Source: a bacterium
GTDB taxonomy: Bacteria > UBA8248
Direction of reading: 5' to 3'
DNA: 64,000 nt
Assembly: GCA_965213625.1 (NCBI GenBank)
Contig: CBDBZU010000004.1
Location: forward strand, 224,001 to 288,000
Shown in pieces: positions 45,993 to 56,045 of this stretch (the first letter of the stretch is position 1; each line of letters begins with the position of its first letter). The notes under the pieces are model-generated. The model was not told the origin of the DNA and did not search any database. It was given only the letters and a program-made list of their open reading frames with translations. The translations under genes were made by a program, and so were the position numbers.

Positions 45993-47087
45993 TCAATCGC
46001 TCAACACCACGCATCTTGAAGGGGAAATGTTCATGGTGACGGGTTGGCCAGTCCGTATATCCGCGTCTCCACGAACATGAACCCTCAATTCAAAATTCCC
46101 TGATTGAATCAGACAATCCCAGGATTGTCCCAGATAAACCGCGTCACTCACCTGGCCTCTAAAAACGTTTTCATCGTTCGACCCTTCTTCTCCAAGTTCG
46201 ATGTATTCGGGCCGCACGGTGACCAGCAAATCAGAACCGGCTGGAATATCGCGGTCGATTCCCTTCGCACAAAGAATTCTCGTCTCAAGGGACGGGACTT
46301 CCACCCAAAGGCCTTTTCCGCTTTCTATTTCACCGGCCTTGCCCTCGAGAATGTTCGTCACGCCGATGAAATCGGCGACGAAACTGTTGGACGGCTCGTT
46401 GTATGTCGAATGCGGGTCGCCTTCCTGCTGTATCCTACCGTCCTTCATAACGATGATCCGATCGCTCATGACCATGGCCTCGGCCTGATCGTGAGTCACG
46501 TAAATAGCTGTCAATTTGAGTTCTTTTATCAGGCTCGCCAGCTCGACCCGCATGCGCTCACGCAACTTCGCATCGAGGTTGCTGAGTGGCTCATCGAAAA
46601 GAAGAACGCGGGGGTTGTATGCCAATGCGCGGGCGAGGGACACCCGTTGCTGTTGGCCGCCGGAGAGTTTGGTGGCGTTTCTCTCTCCCAGACCGCTCAG
46701 GCCGACGAGTTCGAGCGCATTGGCGACTTTTTCGTTGACTTCTGCGCGACTCGCTCCCTGGGCCTGAATGCCGTAAGCCACGTTCTCGGAAACCGACATG
46801 TGGGGCCATATGGCGTAAGACTGAAACACCATGCCGAGCCGTCGTTTCTCTGGGGGCAGGCAAACCCCGTTGCGGCTCGAAGTGAATACCTCGTCCGCAA
46901 TAAGGATATCTCCCTCATCGGGAGTCTCCAGCCCTGCGATGCAGCGAAGTGTCGTCGTTTTTCCGCAACCGCTTGGACCCAGCAGGGTAACGAATTCACC
47001 TTCGCCCACAGTGAAACTGACGTTGTCTACCGCCAGGGTTTCCGTACCGAAGCGTTTGACCAAGTCCTTTACGACTACTTCCGCCAT
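45993..47087 (-). CDS. ABC transporter ATP-binding protein with TOBE domain
   Basis: GPSGCGKT, LSGGQQQR, DEPLSNLD, VTHDQ. Confidence 0.95.
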   Translation of the reverse strand: MAEVVVKDLVKRFGTETLAVDNVSFTVGEGEFVTLLGPSGCGKTTTLRCIAGLETPDEGDILIADEVFTSSRNGVCLPPEKRRLGMVFQSYAIWPHMSVSENVAYGIQAQGASRAEVNEKVANALELVGLSGLGERNATKLSGGQQQRVSLARALAYNPRVLLFDEPLSNLDAKLRERMRVELASLIKELKLTAIYVTHDQAEAMVMSDRIIVMKDGRIQQEGDPHSTYNEPSNSFVADFIGVTNILEGKAGEIESGKGLWVEVPSLETRILCAKGIDRDIPAGSDLLVTVRPEYIELGEEGSNDENVFRGQVSDAVYLGQSWDCLIQSGNFELRVHVRGDADIRTGQPVTMNISPSRCVVLSD

Positions 47088-47176
47088 GCAGAGGTCCTAT
47101 TCATGAATGCGATGTATATATTGGTGATGTGCTTATCCTATTCCATATCAATCAATAATGTAAGCAGTGCGAGGTA

Positions 47177-48826
47177 TTATTTCCCGGAATGACCGATTGC
47201 CGCATCCACCCGCTCGTTTTCATGCGGCATCAGATGAAATCCCTCGTATCCCGCCGCCACGATTTCCGCGCATTTTTTCGAATACACATCGAATCCGGCG
47301 ATGTAGGGCATGAACACCCGCGGCTTGCCCGGTATGTTCGCCCCCAGATACCAGGAGGTGCACTTGTAACGAATCGTCTTGGCGGTCTCCTCGTTGTTGT
47401 GCGCCACCCATGCGTCCTCCGCCTCAACCGAGGCCTCGATGGATTTCATCCCCTTTTCGCGCAAATACACGAGGCACGCGCCTATCCACTCGACGTGATG
47501 GTCGATGGAAGTCTGCATGTTCGTCAGAACCGAAGGGCTTCCGGGTCCCGTGATGGTGAACATATTCGGGAACCCCGCCGTCATAAGGCCGAGATATGTG
47601 CGGGGACCTTCTTTCCATTTGTCCTGCAATGTCCGCCCGCCGCGCCCTCTGATGTCGATTCTGAGCAGTGTGCCCGTCATGGCGTCAAAGCCCGTGGCCA
47701 GGATGAGCGTGTCGATGTCATACACCCGTCCCCCCGTCATCACTCCTTCGGGTGTTATCCTCTCGATGGGCGATTCGCTCACGTCGATCAGGTGCACGTT
47801 CGGACGGTTATAGGTCTCGAAATACTCCGTAATCACGCAAAGACGCTTGCAGCCGATGACCGTCGTGGGGCAAAGCAATTCCGCTGTTTCGGGGTCCTTC
47901 ACGATTTCCCGAATCTTGTTGCGGACGAATTCGCCCGCCGTCTGGTTCGCCTCCTCGCTGTAGCGCAAGTCCGTGAAGGCGGAGAGGAAGGGCAGCCCAC
48001 CGTGCGCCCAGCGTTTCTCGAATTCGCGCTCGCGCTCTTCTTCGCTGACCTTCATAGCCTCCTTCACGCCAAAGGTCTGGTCGAATCCGGTGGCCGATCG
48101 CTTGGCTCTCGCCCGGATTTGCGCGTAATTCGCCTTCACCTCGCGCACCCGCTCCTCTTTGATGGGGCCGTTGTTCGCGGGCACGGCGTAGTGCGCCGTC
48201 CTCTGGAAGACGAACACTTCATCCGCTTCGCGCGCGATGATGGGGGTGGACTGCATGGCGGATGATCCCGTGCCGATGACGCCCACGCGTTTGCCTGAGA
48301 AATCCACCTTCTCATGCGGCCACAAACCCGTGTGGTAAACGGGGCCGTCAAAATCGTCCAGGCCCTCGAAGGCGGGGATATTGGGCGAGGAGAGGCACCC
48401 GGTGGCCATCACGCAGAAGGTTGCCGATATACGCTCGCCGCCGTCTGTCTCGACGTTCCAGTGGCTCGCCTCCTCATCGAACACGGCCGAGACGATTCGC
48501 GTGTTGAATACGACATCCCTCCGCAAATCGAAGCGTTCGGCCACGTGCTCGACATAGCGCAGAATCTCGGGCTGGCTCGCGTAGCGCTCGCTCCATTCCC
48601 ATTCCTGCTGGAGTTCATCGGAGAACTGGTAGGAATACTGGACGCTCTCCGTGTCGCATCGCGCGCCCGGGTAGCGGTTCCAGTACCAGGTGCCGCCCAC
48701 GTCGCCGCCCGCTTCGTACACCCGCGCCCTGAAGCCGCGTGAGCGCAGCCGGTAGAGCATGAAAAGCCCGGCGACGCCTGCGCCGACGATGAGGGCGTCC
48801 AGATCCGTCTTCCTCTCGCCTTTCAA
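47177..48826 (-). CDS. Type I Baeyer-Villiger monooxygenase
   Basis: GAGVAG, GGTWYWNRYPGARCD, fingerprint FDGPVYHTGLWP, GTGSS, ATGFD, SWYLGANIPGKP. Confidence 0.95.
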   Translation of the reverse strand: MKGERKTDLDALIVGAGVAGLFMLYRLRSRGFRARVYEAGGDVGGTWYWNRYPGARCDTESVQYSYQFSDELQQEWEWSERYASQPEILRYVEHVAERFDLRRDVVFNTRIVSAVFDEEASHWNVETDGGERISATFCVMATGCLSSPNIPAFEGLDDFDGPVYHTGLWPHEKVDFSGKRVGVIGTGSSAMQSTPIIAREADEVFVFQRTAHYAVPANNGPIKEERVREVKANYAQIRARAKRSATGFDQTFGVKEAMKVSEEEREREFEKRWAHGGLPFLSAFTDLRYSEEANQTAGEFVRNKIREIVKDPETAELLCPTTVIGCKRLCVITEYFETYNRPNVHLIDVSESPIERITPEGVMTGGRVYDIDTLILATGFDAMTGTLLRIDIRGRGGRTLQDKWKEGPRTYLGLMTAGFPNMFTITGPGSPSVLTNMQTSIDHHVEWIGACLVYLREKGMKSIEASVEAEDAWVAHNNEETAKTIRYKCTSWYLGANIPGKPRVFMPYIAGFDVYSKKCAEIVAAGYEGFHLMPHENERVDAAIGHSGK

Positions 48827-48871
48827 CCCAAAACCCCTTATCCGGTTATTATTCAGACACTTAGGCCATCA

Positions 48872-49190
48872 GATATTTTCGGTTATTTATCGGAAAACAT
48901 CGTGAATTTATCTAATTTTATCTAATTTTTCAGAAATTCGGAACCGGGGACGGTGGATTCGTTCAGAAATCCGCTCCGGGTAGGCGAGAGAGCGGCCCGA
49001 AGGCTTGTGCGGCGGATGCGCCGTGCATATCGCTCCATCGACTTGCCGCTCTCGTTCGGCCGGCGAAACCGGGGGCGGGGGGTTCTCGCCGAAATCCACT
49101 CGAGGATGATAGGAGAACGCGCGCAAGTCTCATAGCGGCAATTGCGGGCAACTGCGCACGAGGAACCGGACCGCCGGAATTGCGGGCAAC
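48872..49190. repeat. Intergenic block of 10-bp phased repeats homologous to 17641-17871
   Basis: aatttatct-aattttatct-aatttttcag-aaattcg; gcggcaat-tgcgggcaac-tgcg and tgcgggcaac. Confidence 0.6.
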
Positions 49191-49331
49191 CGCGCAGCGC
49201 GAAGCGGTCGGTCGGCTTATGGCTTCTGTCGGCCAGGCGAAACCGGCGCAAGCGGCAAATGCGCGCGAGCGAACCGGTGCGACGCAGGAACATTTTTCGC
49301 GCAATTCCCCCTCATTTTTCCCGGAACGCCG

Positions 49332-49360
49332 TTGCCAAAACCGCGCCTCGCCCATAGTAT
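49332..49360 (+). promoter_or_regulatory. Sigma70-like promoter of the amidase gene
   Basis: TTGCCA, 17 nt spacer, TAGTAT. Confidence 0.55.
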
Positions 49361-49441
49361 TCCCGCATCGACCGAAACCGATAACCACGCGCTCCTCAGG
49401 ACGGGGGCGAGCCGACACGATACTTCACGAAAGGATGCGTC

Positions 49442-51754
49442 ATGGAGGATAAGAGCGGGGCGTTCCGCCTGGAAGAAGCGAGCATCGAGGATCTGCACGC
49501 GGCGATTCGCGCCGGACGCACGACTTGCGTCCAAGTCGTCGAGCACTATCTCGAACGCGTTCGCGTATTTAACGGCGTCTCCAGCATGCTCGTCACCGAA
49601 GACGGCGCGCCCATACCCGAAGCCAGGGGCGTGGTTCGCGGCGGCTCGCCGCTCGAGTTCCCGACCGGGACGGTGAAGGCGGACGACTACCTCCCCGATC
49701 TCGACAGATACAAGGGACCGCCGCTCGAGTTCGGCCGCATGGAGGCCACCGCGTCCGACCCCGACGTCCAGCAGCAGTACGGCATGATCGTCAGTATCCC
49801 GAACGCGGGCCAGGTGAACGCCCTCGCCACCCTGAACATCCGCGGCGAGCGCTCCGTTACTTGCAAGGGCGATTTCGACAGGCATCCCGCGGAAGGCCCG
49901 CTGCCGCCGGGCGCGCCGCCCATGTGCGAGGTCTTTCGCCACTACCCCGATGCGCTCGAGCGCGCGGCGGAGCTCGACGCCGAATATGGCGCAAACCCCG
50001 ACCTCGAAAAAATGCCCATGTACGGCGTGACGTTCTCCTTCAAGGACCCCTTCGACACCAAAGACATGCGCTCCACCGGCGGGGGCGACGCGGCCTATGA
50101 CATCGATTTTCCGGCGCGCGACCACATTCTCGTCAAGCAGCTCAGGAACAAGGGCGCCATCATCTTCGCCAAGGCCGTCAGCACCGAATACAACGGACGC
50201 GCGGGCGACCCGGGCGGGCGGCACGAACCCGAGAAGGTGCTGCCCTCCGTCCTGGGCTATCAGCGAAGCACGTGGGGCGGAAACCCCTCGAACCCCTACG
50301 ACACAACGCGGGCGGCCTCTCTGGGTTCGAGTTCCGGCTCCGCCCTCTCGGTGAGCACCAACATGGTGATGGCGAGCCTGGGCGAGGAGACGAGGGCCTC
50401 CTGCCGGGGGCCTTCGAACCACAACGCCGTCGCGCTCATCCTCCCGCACAAGGCCATGCTCGGCTTCGACGGCGGCGCCATCGGGGCGGACATCTATTGC
50501 GACAGGAGCGGCATCATCACGAAATCACTCGCTGACTGCGCAAAAGTCCTCGACTCTCTGAAGGACCCGGAGAACGGCTACTACGACCCGCGCGACCCGT
50601 TCACCACGGTGCCGCGCTCCTCCGTTCTGGATACGCCCTACGCGTCCCACATCAAATCGAGAGCGGAGGCCGGCGCCCTCGAGGGCGTACGGGTCGGGGT
50701 CATCCGCGAGTCGATGGTCTATCCGAGGGGTTCGAAATCGGAAGAGCCCATCGTCAACGCGGCGGCCAGGGAGATAAAAGAAGTCCTCGGCCAAAAGCTG
50801 GGAGCGAAACTTATTGAATCCACAGATCCGCTCTGGGCGGGCGACCCCGAGATCGAGACGATGAAGACGGATTTCCGCCGCGCGCTCGCCAGGCTCATCC
50901 CCGTCTTCATGCCCGACATCATGTTCAGGCTTACGCCCGAGGGCGAACCGCTCTTCAGAGAATTCGCAGAGGCCATCGTACCCACCGAGTTCGCACCGGG
51001 GGTCGTCTTCGGCTCCGGGACAATGCAGCCCATCGACTACATGCTCGACATGGGCGAAGGCAGAATCGAGCAGCCCGCAAACCTCGACCTCGCCACCGTG
51101 CAGCAGCAGGAACTCGCCATGACGTTCCGCTACCACATCCACCAGTACCTCTCGCGCCGGTCGGAGGACTGGAAGGAGCGCGGCTTCGCAGAGACTATCA
51201 CCGGCTTTCCGGAGCTGAACGCGCGCTCTAAATTCTGGGGCGACGATCACCGCGCCGCCTTCAGGAACTGGGAGGAAGTCGCGGACCCGCGCAATCCCCA
51301 CGGCAGCCGCCAGGGCGTGAACGAGCGCATCATGCTGCGCGAACTCCTGCGCCGCGTGGATATGATGGTGATCCTGGAGAACAAGCTCGACGCCCTCGTG
51401 CGCCTGCACACCCCGTTCCCGCCGGCCATCATCGGTGGCGCGGTACAGCCCGGCCTCCTGCTGAACTCCCGGCCCGAATCGCAAAGCGGACCGAACGCAG
51501 GCTTGACGGAAGTGCTCGTGCCGGCGGGCTACGTGCGCACGACGTATGACCCCGTTTTCGAACTGAGCGAGGACGGGACGCGGTTCATCTCCGCCCATAA
51601 CGATCAGGCCACCACCATCCCAGAACCCGGCCTGCCGTTCTCGCTCGTGTTCCGCGCCGAACCCGGCAAGGAAGACGTGCTGCTCCGGATCGCCTCGACG
51701 TATGAGGCTGCTTCAAAGCGCCGCATCCCACCGCCCGATTTCGGGCCGTTGTAG
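49442..51754 (+). CDS. Amidase signature-family protein (long, 770 aa)
   Basis: Ser-cisSer-Lys triad motifs FSFKDPFD, LGSSSGS, GEETRASCRGPS. Confidence 0.88.
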   Translation: MEDKSGAFRLEEASIEDLHAAIRAGRTTCVQVVEHYLERVRVFNGVSSMLVTEDGAPIPEARGVVRGGSPLEFPTGTVKADDYLPDLDRYKGPPLEFGRMEATASDPDVQQQYGMIVSIPNAGQVNALATLNIRGERSVTCKGDFDRHPAEGPLPPGAPPMCEVFRHYPDALERAAELDAEYGANPDLEKMPMYGVTFSFKDPFDTKDMRSTGGGDAAYDIDFPARDHILVKQLRNKGAIIFAKAVSTEYNGRAGDPGGRHEPEKVLPSVLGYQRSTWGGNPSNPYDTTRAASLGSSSGSALSVSTNMVMASLGEETRASCRGPSNHNAVALILPHKAMLGFDGGAIGADIYCDRSGIITKSLADCAKVLDSLKDPENGYYDPRDPFTTVPRSSVLDTPYASHIKSRAEAGALEGVRVGVIRESMVYPRGSKSEEPIVNAAAREIKEVLGQKLGAKLIESTDPLWAGDPEIETMKTDFRRALARLIPVFMPDIMFRLTPEGEPLFREFAEAIVPTEFAPGVVFGSGTMQPIDYMLDMGEGRIEQPANLDLATVQQQELAMTFRYHIHQYLSRRSEDWKERGFAETITGFPELNARSKFWGDDHRAAFRNWEEVADPRNPHGSRQGVNERIMLRELLRRVDMMVILENKLDALVRLHTPFPPAIIGGAVQPGLLLNSRPESQSGPNAGLTEVLVPAGYVRTTYDPVFELSEDGTRFISAHNDQATTIPEPGLPFSLVFRAEPGKEDVLLRIASTYEAASKRRIPPPDFGPL

Positions 51755-51796
51755 GGGTAATCGCAGGCCAAGGTGTACTAGCAGGACTCCAATACA

Positions 51797-52025
51797 GGGG
51801 CAGTTCGTGAATTTTGCAAATGACGAAACGTTGTAAGGGCGGACCCATGTGTCCGCCCGGTTTCTAATTTAGCCGTCATTCCGGCGAAAGCCGGAATGGC
51901 GAACAAACCGCCACTTCTCATGCAAGAACTCTCGGGTCGCATAAATGCGACCCGCCTTTTTTGAAGAGGTGGTTCTCGATCTGTAGGGCTACCCCTCCCC
52001 GGTGTCGCTTTACGCACCGCGCTAC
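51797..52025. repeat. Cluster of several REP-like palindromes between convergent genes
   Basis: GTAAGGGCGGACCCATGTGTCCGCCC (51833), CGTCATTCCGGCGAAAGCCGGAATGGCG (51874), CGGGTCGCATAAATGCGACCCG+CCTTTTTT (51933), GTAGGGC...GCGCTAC (51983-52025). Confidence 0.7.
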
Positions 52026-52032
52026 ATCCCCG

Positions 52033-52338
52033 CTACACGCCCCTCGCTTCGAGCGTCGGTATTCCGCTAACGTCCACCGTGCGTTCCGCGCGCGCCAGAT
52101 CGTAGTTGCGCTGCAGGTTGAGCCAGAAGCCCGAGCCGTTGCCGAAGAGCTTGCCGAAGCGGACCGCCATTTCGGCAGTGACCGGCTGCTTCTCGTTCAG
52201 GATGTCGTAGAGGGTCTGCCGGGATATGCCGAGGGCCGCGGCCACGGCCGTTTTGCTGACGCCTAAGGCAGGCAGGACGTCCTCGCGCAGGATCTCCCCC
52301 GGATGCGCCGGGTCGATGGAAGGGTGTCTCTCAATCAT
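52033..52338 (-). CDS. higA: HigA-family antitoxin (HTH-XRE)
   Basis: HPGEILREDVL, LGISRQTL, VTAEMAVRFGKLFG...FWLNLQ..YDL. Confidence 0.93.
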   Translation of the reverse strand: MIERHPSIDPAHPGEILREDVLPALGVSKTAVAAALGISRQTLYDILNEKQPVTAEMAVRFGKLFGNGSGFWLNLQRNYDLARAERTVDVSGIPTLEARGV

Positions 52339-52364
52339 CAGTGATAGTTCTCTATGTCCACTTC
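52338..52364 (-). pseudogene. higB: C-terminal stub of a HigB toxin gene
   Basis: Encodes EVDIENYH-stop with TGATG overlap onto the higA start, matching the typical HigB C-terminus (VDxxDYH); the rest of the gene is absent. Confidence 0.7.
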
Positions 52365-52411
52365 CGAAAATAAATCCGGGATAAACATCAAAATCAGGTT
52401 GGTTATTTTGC

Positions 52412-53428
52412 TCAGTTCACAATCTTGACGCGGTGTTTGGTTCCGAGTTCGGACATCAGAACCTTCACCTCCTCCCGGCCGCGGCCCAGTTCAAGCGTCT
52501 TCTCCACGTAATAGTACCTGGGATGCGATACGGTAATTTTGTAAAGTCCGGGAACCACGCGGAAAGCGGCCCCGTTACGAATCGATTTCCTCAGCGTTTT
52601 CTCTCGGACGAACCATGGGAAATACTTGGTGGCCAAGGACAGGAATTCATGTTGTTTCAGGTGTTTCATCAACCATTTTCTATGGTCGACATCAACACTC
52701 CATTGCGGAGACAGAGTGATGGAGGCCCCGCTAAAGGGATAACGCGAGTCGATGTTGGCTGGTATGATGCGAACGATTGCGGTCTTCTCCGCATGCACGT
52801 GTCGAGCGAGTTTTTTCAGCATCGGCCGGACATCGTATGTGTCGTGGGAGGATCTGTATGAACGCCTTTTGCCCGATTTCCGGTTTGTCCTCAGACGATA
52901 TGATTTCCGTTCCCTGTTGGATTTGGGTATGTCCCATTTTGTGATGGCCGGATGCCTGACCACCGAGGCGAGCGGAACGTCCGCAAAAACCCGGAACGGG
53001 TGTTTCAGTCTCGAACGAACCCGAACAACGCCAACGAAATTCGTCCTGTCCCTGTCGTCCAAAAATTCCGCTTCCATCCCCCTGGAGACCGATGAGAGGG
53101 CAACCTGGACCCGGGGAGCGGGCTCGCTTTTTCCCTTCATTGTTTCCCGCGTAGTCCAGCTTCCGCGGTAGTCGCGGCGCTTGCGGTATTTTCTGTAATA
53201 TCGCCTTTGTTTTTTTCGCAGTTGGGTAACCTGAAGCCGAACGGTTTCCACCGCCGTTTTCGGACCCGCTCGTACGGCAACCCGCTCGAATCCGAGTTCC
53301 GTGTCCGAAACGGTCCTGTGATTGTAGCCGGTCTGGTAGGGGCGTTCGCCGGCGCATCCGGCAATTACACCGACAAACACCAAAAGCAGGACACACCTAA
53401 AAAGCCGGCGACGACAACTCGATAGCAT
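52412..53428 (-). CDS. Hypothetical highly basic lipoprotein with C-terminal beta-sandwich (PEGA/carboxypeptidase-regulatory-like)
   Basis: Lipobox VIAGC after a hydrophobic stretch; RKKQRRYYRKYRKRR; VVPGLYKITVSHPRY. Confidence 0.65.
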   Translation of the reverse strand: MLSSCRRRLFRCVLLLVFVGVIAGCAGERPYQTGYNHRTVSDTELGFERVAVRAGPKTAVETVRLQVTQLRKKQRRYYRKYRKRRDYRGSWTTRETMKGKSEPAPRVQVALSSVSRGMEAEFLDDRDRTNFVGVVRVRSRLKHPFRVFADVPLASVVRHPAITKWDIPKSNRERKSYRLRTNRKSGKRRSYRSSHDTYDVRPMLKKLARHVHAEKTAIVRIIPANIDSRYPFSGASITLSPQWSVDVDHRKWLMKHLKQHEFLSLATKYFPWFVREKTLRKSIRNGAAFRVVPGLYKITVSHPRYYYVEKTLELGRGREEVKVLMSELGTKHRVKIVN

Positions 53429-53605
53429 CGGGGCACCCCACGAACATGAATGAAAAAACGCCAACGCGGCAAGGTCAATACATCTTAATTCAAATTATAC
53501 TTCAATCATTTCGATTTCAAAATGGGACAGGAAGGAACAATCGCATGCTGGTGTAGGGGGGCAGGCCTGCCGCAAATACAGCGCTCAAATTCACTCCCCA
53601 ATTGA

Positions 53606-53798
53606 GAGGGTAGAAGAAACGCCCCTTTCGACTGGAAAAGCAACCCCCCCTACCACCCCTTGTCAGGGGGGTAAAGGCGATACCCCGCCGCCGGGATGCG
53701 CCCCCGCCAGCTAGAGGGAGCTTTGCTTTTTCTTGCCCCCCTGACAAGGGGGGGTAGGGGGGGTTGCTCCCTTGACAAAGGCTTTTTCAACAATCCCC
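53606..53798. mobile_element. MITE-like element: 32-bp inverted repeat cargo with 19-bp-family ends
   Basis: GCAACCCCCCCTACCACCCCTTGTCAGGGGGG (53640-53671) and CCCCCCTGACAAGGGGGGGTAGGGGGGGTTGC (53736-53767), 31/32 inverted; right end AGGCTTTTTCAACAATCCCC; degenerate left end GAGGGTAGAAGAAACGCCCC. Confidence 0.65.
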
Positions 53799-53875
53799 AA
53801 AGGAGGAGTGTTTCTTGCTCTTTCATCGCTCATGTCAAACCCTCGGTCATCAGGACTATTTCAACACCGCCTCCC

Positions 53876-54733
53876 CTAAAACTTCCTGAGCGGCGTCGCC
53901 TCCCGGCCGAAAAGCGCGCATCTTGCGATGCGCCAGATTTCGAAATGCGTCTTCCTTAAAGTTTCCGGCGAATCCGCCAGCCAGCGGATGAGGGCGCCGG
54001 GGCCTGTGAGTCGCGAGCAGCCGCCCGCAAGACGCTCACTTCGCGCCAGCAGGGAATCGACCTGCTCGGCGATGAGGTTCAGTTCCTCATCCGTCCCGCC
54101 CGCGACGTAGAAAGAACCGAGATAGGGATACGGCTCGAACAGGCCCAGGCGTTCGGGGTCCGAAGCTTCGGGCCGCACCTCCATCACGTCCCGCAAGAGG
54201 GGCGCGTCCGCGTAGTCGATATGCAGCTTGAGTCTCAAGGATGAATAATCAAAATGCTCGCCCGAGGCAACCCGGCCATGGTAGAGCGATTCTCCGTAAA
54301 GAAGCCGCGCGCCCTCGGCCATGGAGATTCGAGTCTCCTGCACGTAGATGGAATCCGCATAGGGAATGATGGGGTCGGGCAGGAGTTCGAGGCCGCTCCC
54401 TGAGTCCATCTCGATTTTGGTCGTCGATACCACCGGCTCGCCCAGGCTCTTGTAGACCTTGGTGGCTCCCTGCGTCGTCCACAAGACGCGCGCGCCCTCA
54501 TCGATCGCGATTTCAAGCTCCAGCAAGTCGCCGCCCACGTGCCCGCCCGTGGGGTTTATGAGCGTCATGTGGGCGGGTTCTGTCCCCTCGGGGTAGAGGG
54601 GGCGCATCACTTGAAGCGGCACTCTGAAGAACGAATCCGCAAGATACGTCCGCTCACCCGAACGGGCAAAACGCGCGAAAGCGACGCCGTGGCGTCCTAC
54701 GCGGGAGGGCGCGGTGGCGCTCGCGAGCGGCAT
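53876..54733 (-). CDS. ureD: Urease accessory protein UreD
   Basis: INPTGGHVGGD, TTQGATKVYKS, PDPIIPY; last gene of the ure operon. Confidence 0.92.
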   Translation of the reverse strand: MPLASATAPSRVGRHGVAFARFARSGERTYLADSFFRVPLQVMRPLYPEGTEPAHMTLINPTGGHVGGDLLELEIAIDEGARVLWTTQGATKVYKSLGEPVVSTTKIEMDSGSGLELLPDPIIPYADSIYVQETRISMAEGARLLYGESLYHGRVASGEHFDYSSLRLKLHIDYADAPLLRDVMEVRPEASDPERLGLFEPYPYLGSFYVAGGTDEELNLIAEQVDSLLARSERLAGGCSRLTGPGALIRWLADSPETLRKTHFEIWRIARCALFGREATPLRKF

Positions 54734-55353
54734 CAGGCCTCCACGAAGAGGAGTTCGCGCTCGATCCAGCCGATCACCTCATCGAGACCCTGTTCGGCTT
54801 TCAGGTTCGTGAACAGAAACGGGCGCTCGCCGCGCATCTTCTTCGCGTCGCGGTCCATGACTTCCAGACTCGCCCCCACGAGCGGGGCCAGGTCTATCTT
54901 GTTGATCAGCAAAAGTTCGGAGCGCGTGATGCCGGGGCCGCCCTTCCGGGGAATCTTGTCCCCCGCCGACACGTCGATGACGTAGATCGACGCGTCCACG
55001 AGTTCGGGGCTGAAGGTGGCGGCCAGGTTGTCCCCCCCGCTTTCCACGAAAATGATGTCCAGCGGATGAAAATCGCGGGCGAGTATCTCCATGGCCTCGC
55101 GGTTCAAGGATATGTCCTCTCGTATCGCCGTATGCGGACACCCGCCCGTCTCCACGCCGGAGATTCTCTCGGGCGAGAGCGCGCCGCTTCTGGTGAGAAA
55201 CTCCGCGTCCTCTTTCGTGTAGATGTCGTTCGTCACCACGGCGATGGCGTACCTGTCGCGCATCCGCTTGCACAGCCTGTCCACAAGAGCGGTCTTGCCG
55301 GAGCCGACCGGCCCGCCCACGCCTATCTTTACGGGCGCCTTATCCATCATCAT
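54733..55353 (-). CDS. ureG: Urease accessory GTPase UreG
   Basis: [33 protein letters not shown]. Confidence 0.97.
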   Translation of the reverse strand: MMMDKAPVKIGVGGPVGSGKTALVDRLCKRMRDRYAIAVVTNDIYTKEDAEFLTRSGALSPERISGVETGGCPHTAIREDISLNREAMEILARDFHPLDIIFVESGGDNLAATFSPELVDASIYVIDVSAGDKIPRKGGPGITRSELLLINKIDLAPLVGASLEVMDRDAKKMRGERPFLFTNLKAEQGLDEVIGWIERELLFVEA

Positions 55354-55361
55354 TTTCCTCC

Positions 55362-56042
55362 TCAAGAAACGAACAAGCGTGTGTGAAGCCTCCGGTGCGT
55401 CATGGCCCTTATCTCGTGCCCCGGCCCCCATGAACCCGCGTCCTCCAGCGAGAGTGCCGTAGCCGTCTCGACCGTCTCGCGCACCGCGCCTTCCAGGTCT
55501 GAGATGACTTGCTGGCCCTCGGTTTGCCCGAGCGGAACCAGCCGCACGGCGGCGGAGACCAGTCCGGACACCACGCCGTAGCAAAGAGATTCGAGGCCCT
55601 CTTCACAAGTCAGGCCTAAGGATTCTGCGACGCAGCCAAGCGCAATTGGATAGTGGCCGGAGGTCCGCTCCTGCCTTGCCTCCTCTTGCAGTTCGTCCAG
55701 CAAAGTATCTTCTATGAAACCCCGCGCCGTGCGCAGGAACTGCCGACCCACGCTCCTGCTCGCATCGCGCAGCGATTTCACGGGACGTGCGGCGTCGTAG
55801 GCGGCGTCGAGCGCGATTATCTTCGGGAGATCACCCTCTTTTTTCGCCAGAAAAGCTTCGCGCAGATAGACGCCGTCCAGCGTAGCCACGCCGTGTCTCA
55901 AGACGGACCCGATGAATTCTTCGAGTTCCGCCGCAGAGGCGATGCTCCCTTCTTCGACGTAGGTCTCGAGCCCGTAGGAGTGCGCGAAGGCGCCGCGCGG
56001 AAACGCGGAATCTGAAATCTGGAGGAGCCGGTAGGCGCTCAT
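55362..56042 (-). CDS. ureF: Urease accessory protein UreF
   Basis: [35 protein letters not shown]. Confidence 0.95.
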   Translation of the reverse strand: MSAYRLLQISDSAFPRGAFAHSYGLETYVEEGSIASAAELEEFIGSVLRHGVATLDGVYLREAFLAKKEGDLPKIIALDAAYDAARPVKSLRDASRSVGRQFLRTARGFIEDTLLDELQEEARQERTSGHYPIALGCVAESLGLTCEEGLESLCYGVVSGLVSAAVRLVPLGQTEGQQVISDLEGAVRETVETATALSLEDAGSWGPGHEIRAMTHRRLHTRLFVS

Positions 56043-56045
56043 CTT

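Noticed and set aside
48908-49452. Small ORFs between the BVMO and amidase genes
   Set aside because: Overlapping Arg-rich frames on both strands with no SD or recognisable domain; better explained as non-coding.
54733-55584. 283-aa UreG with long N-terminal extension
   Set aside because: The extension overlaps ureF in another frame; GAGGAGG SD supports a start at 55353 or one of the two adjacent ATGs.
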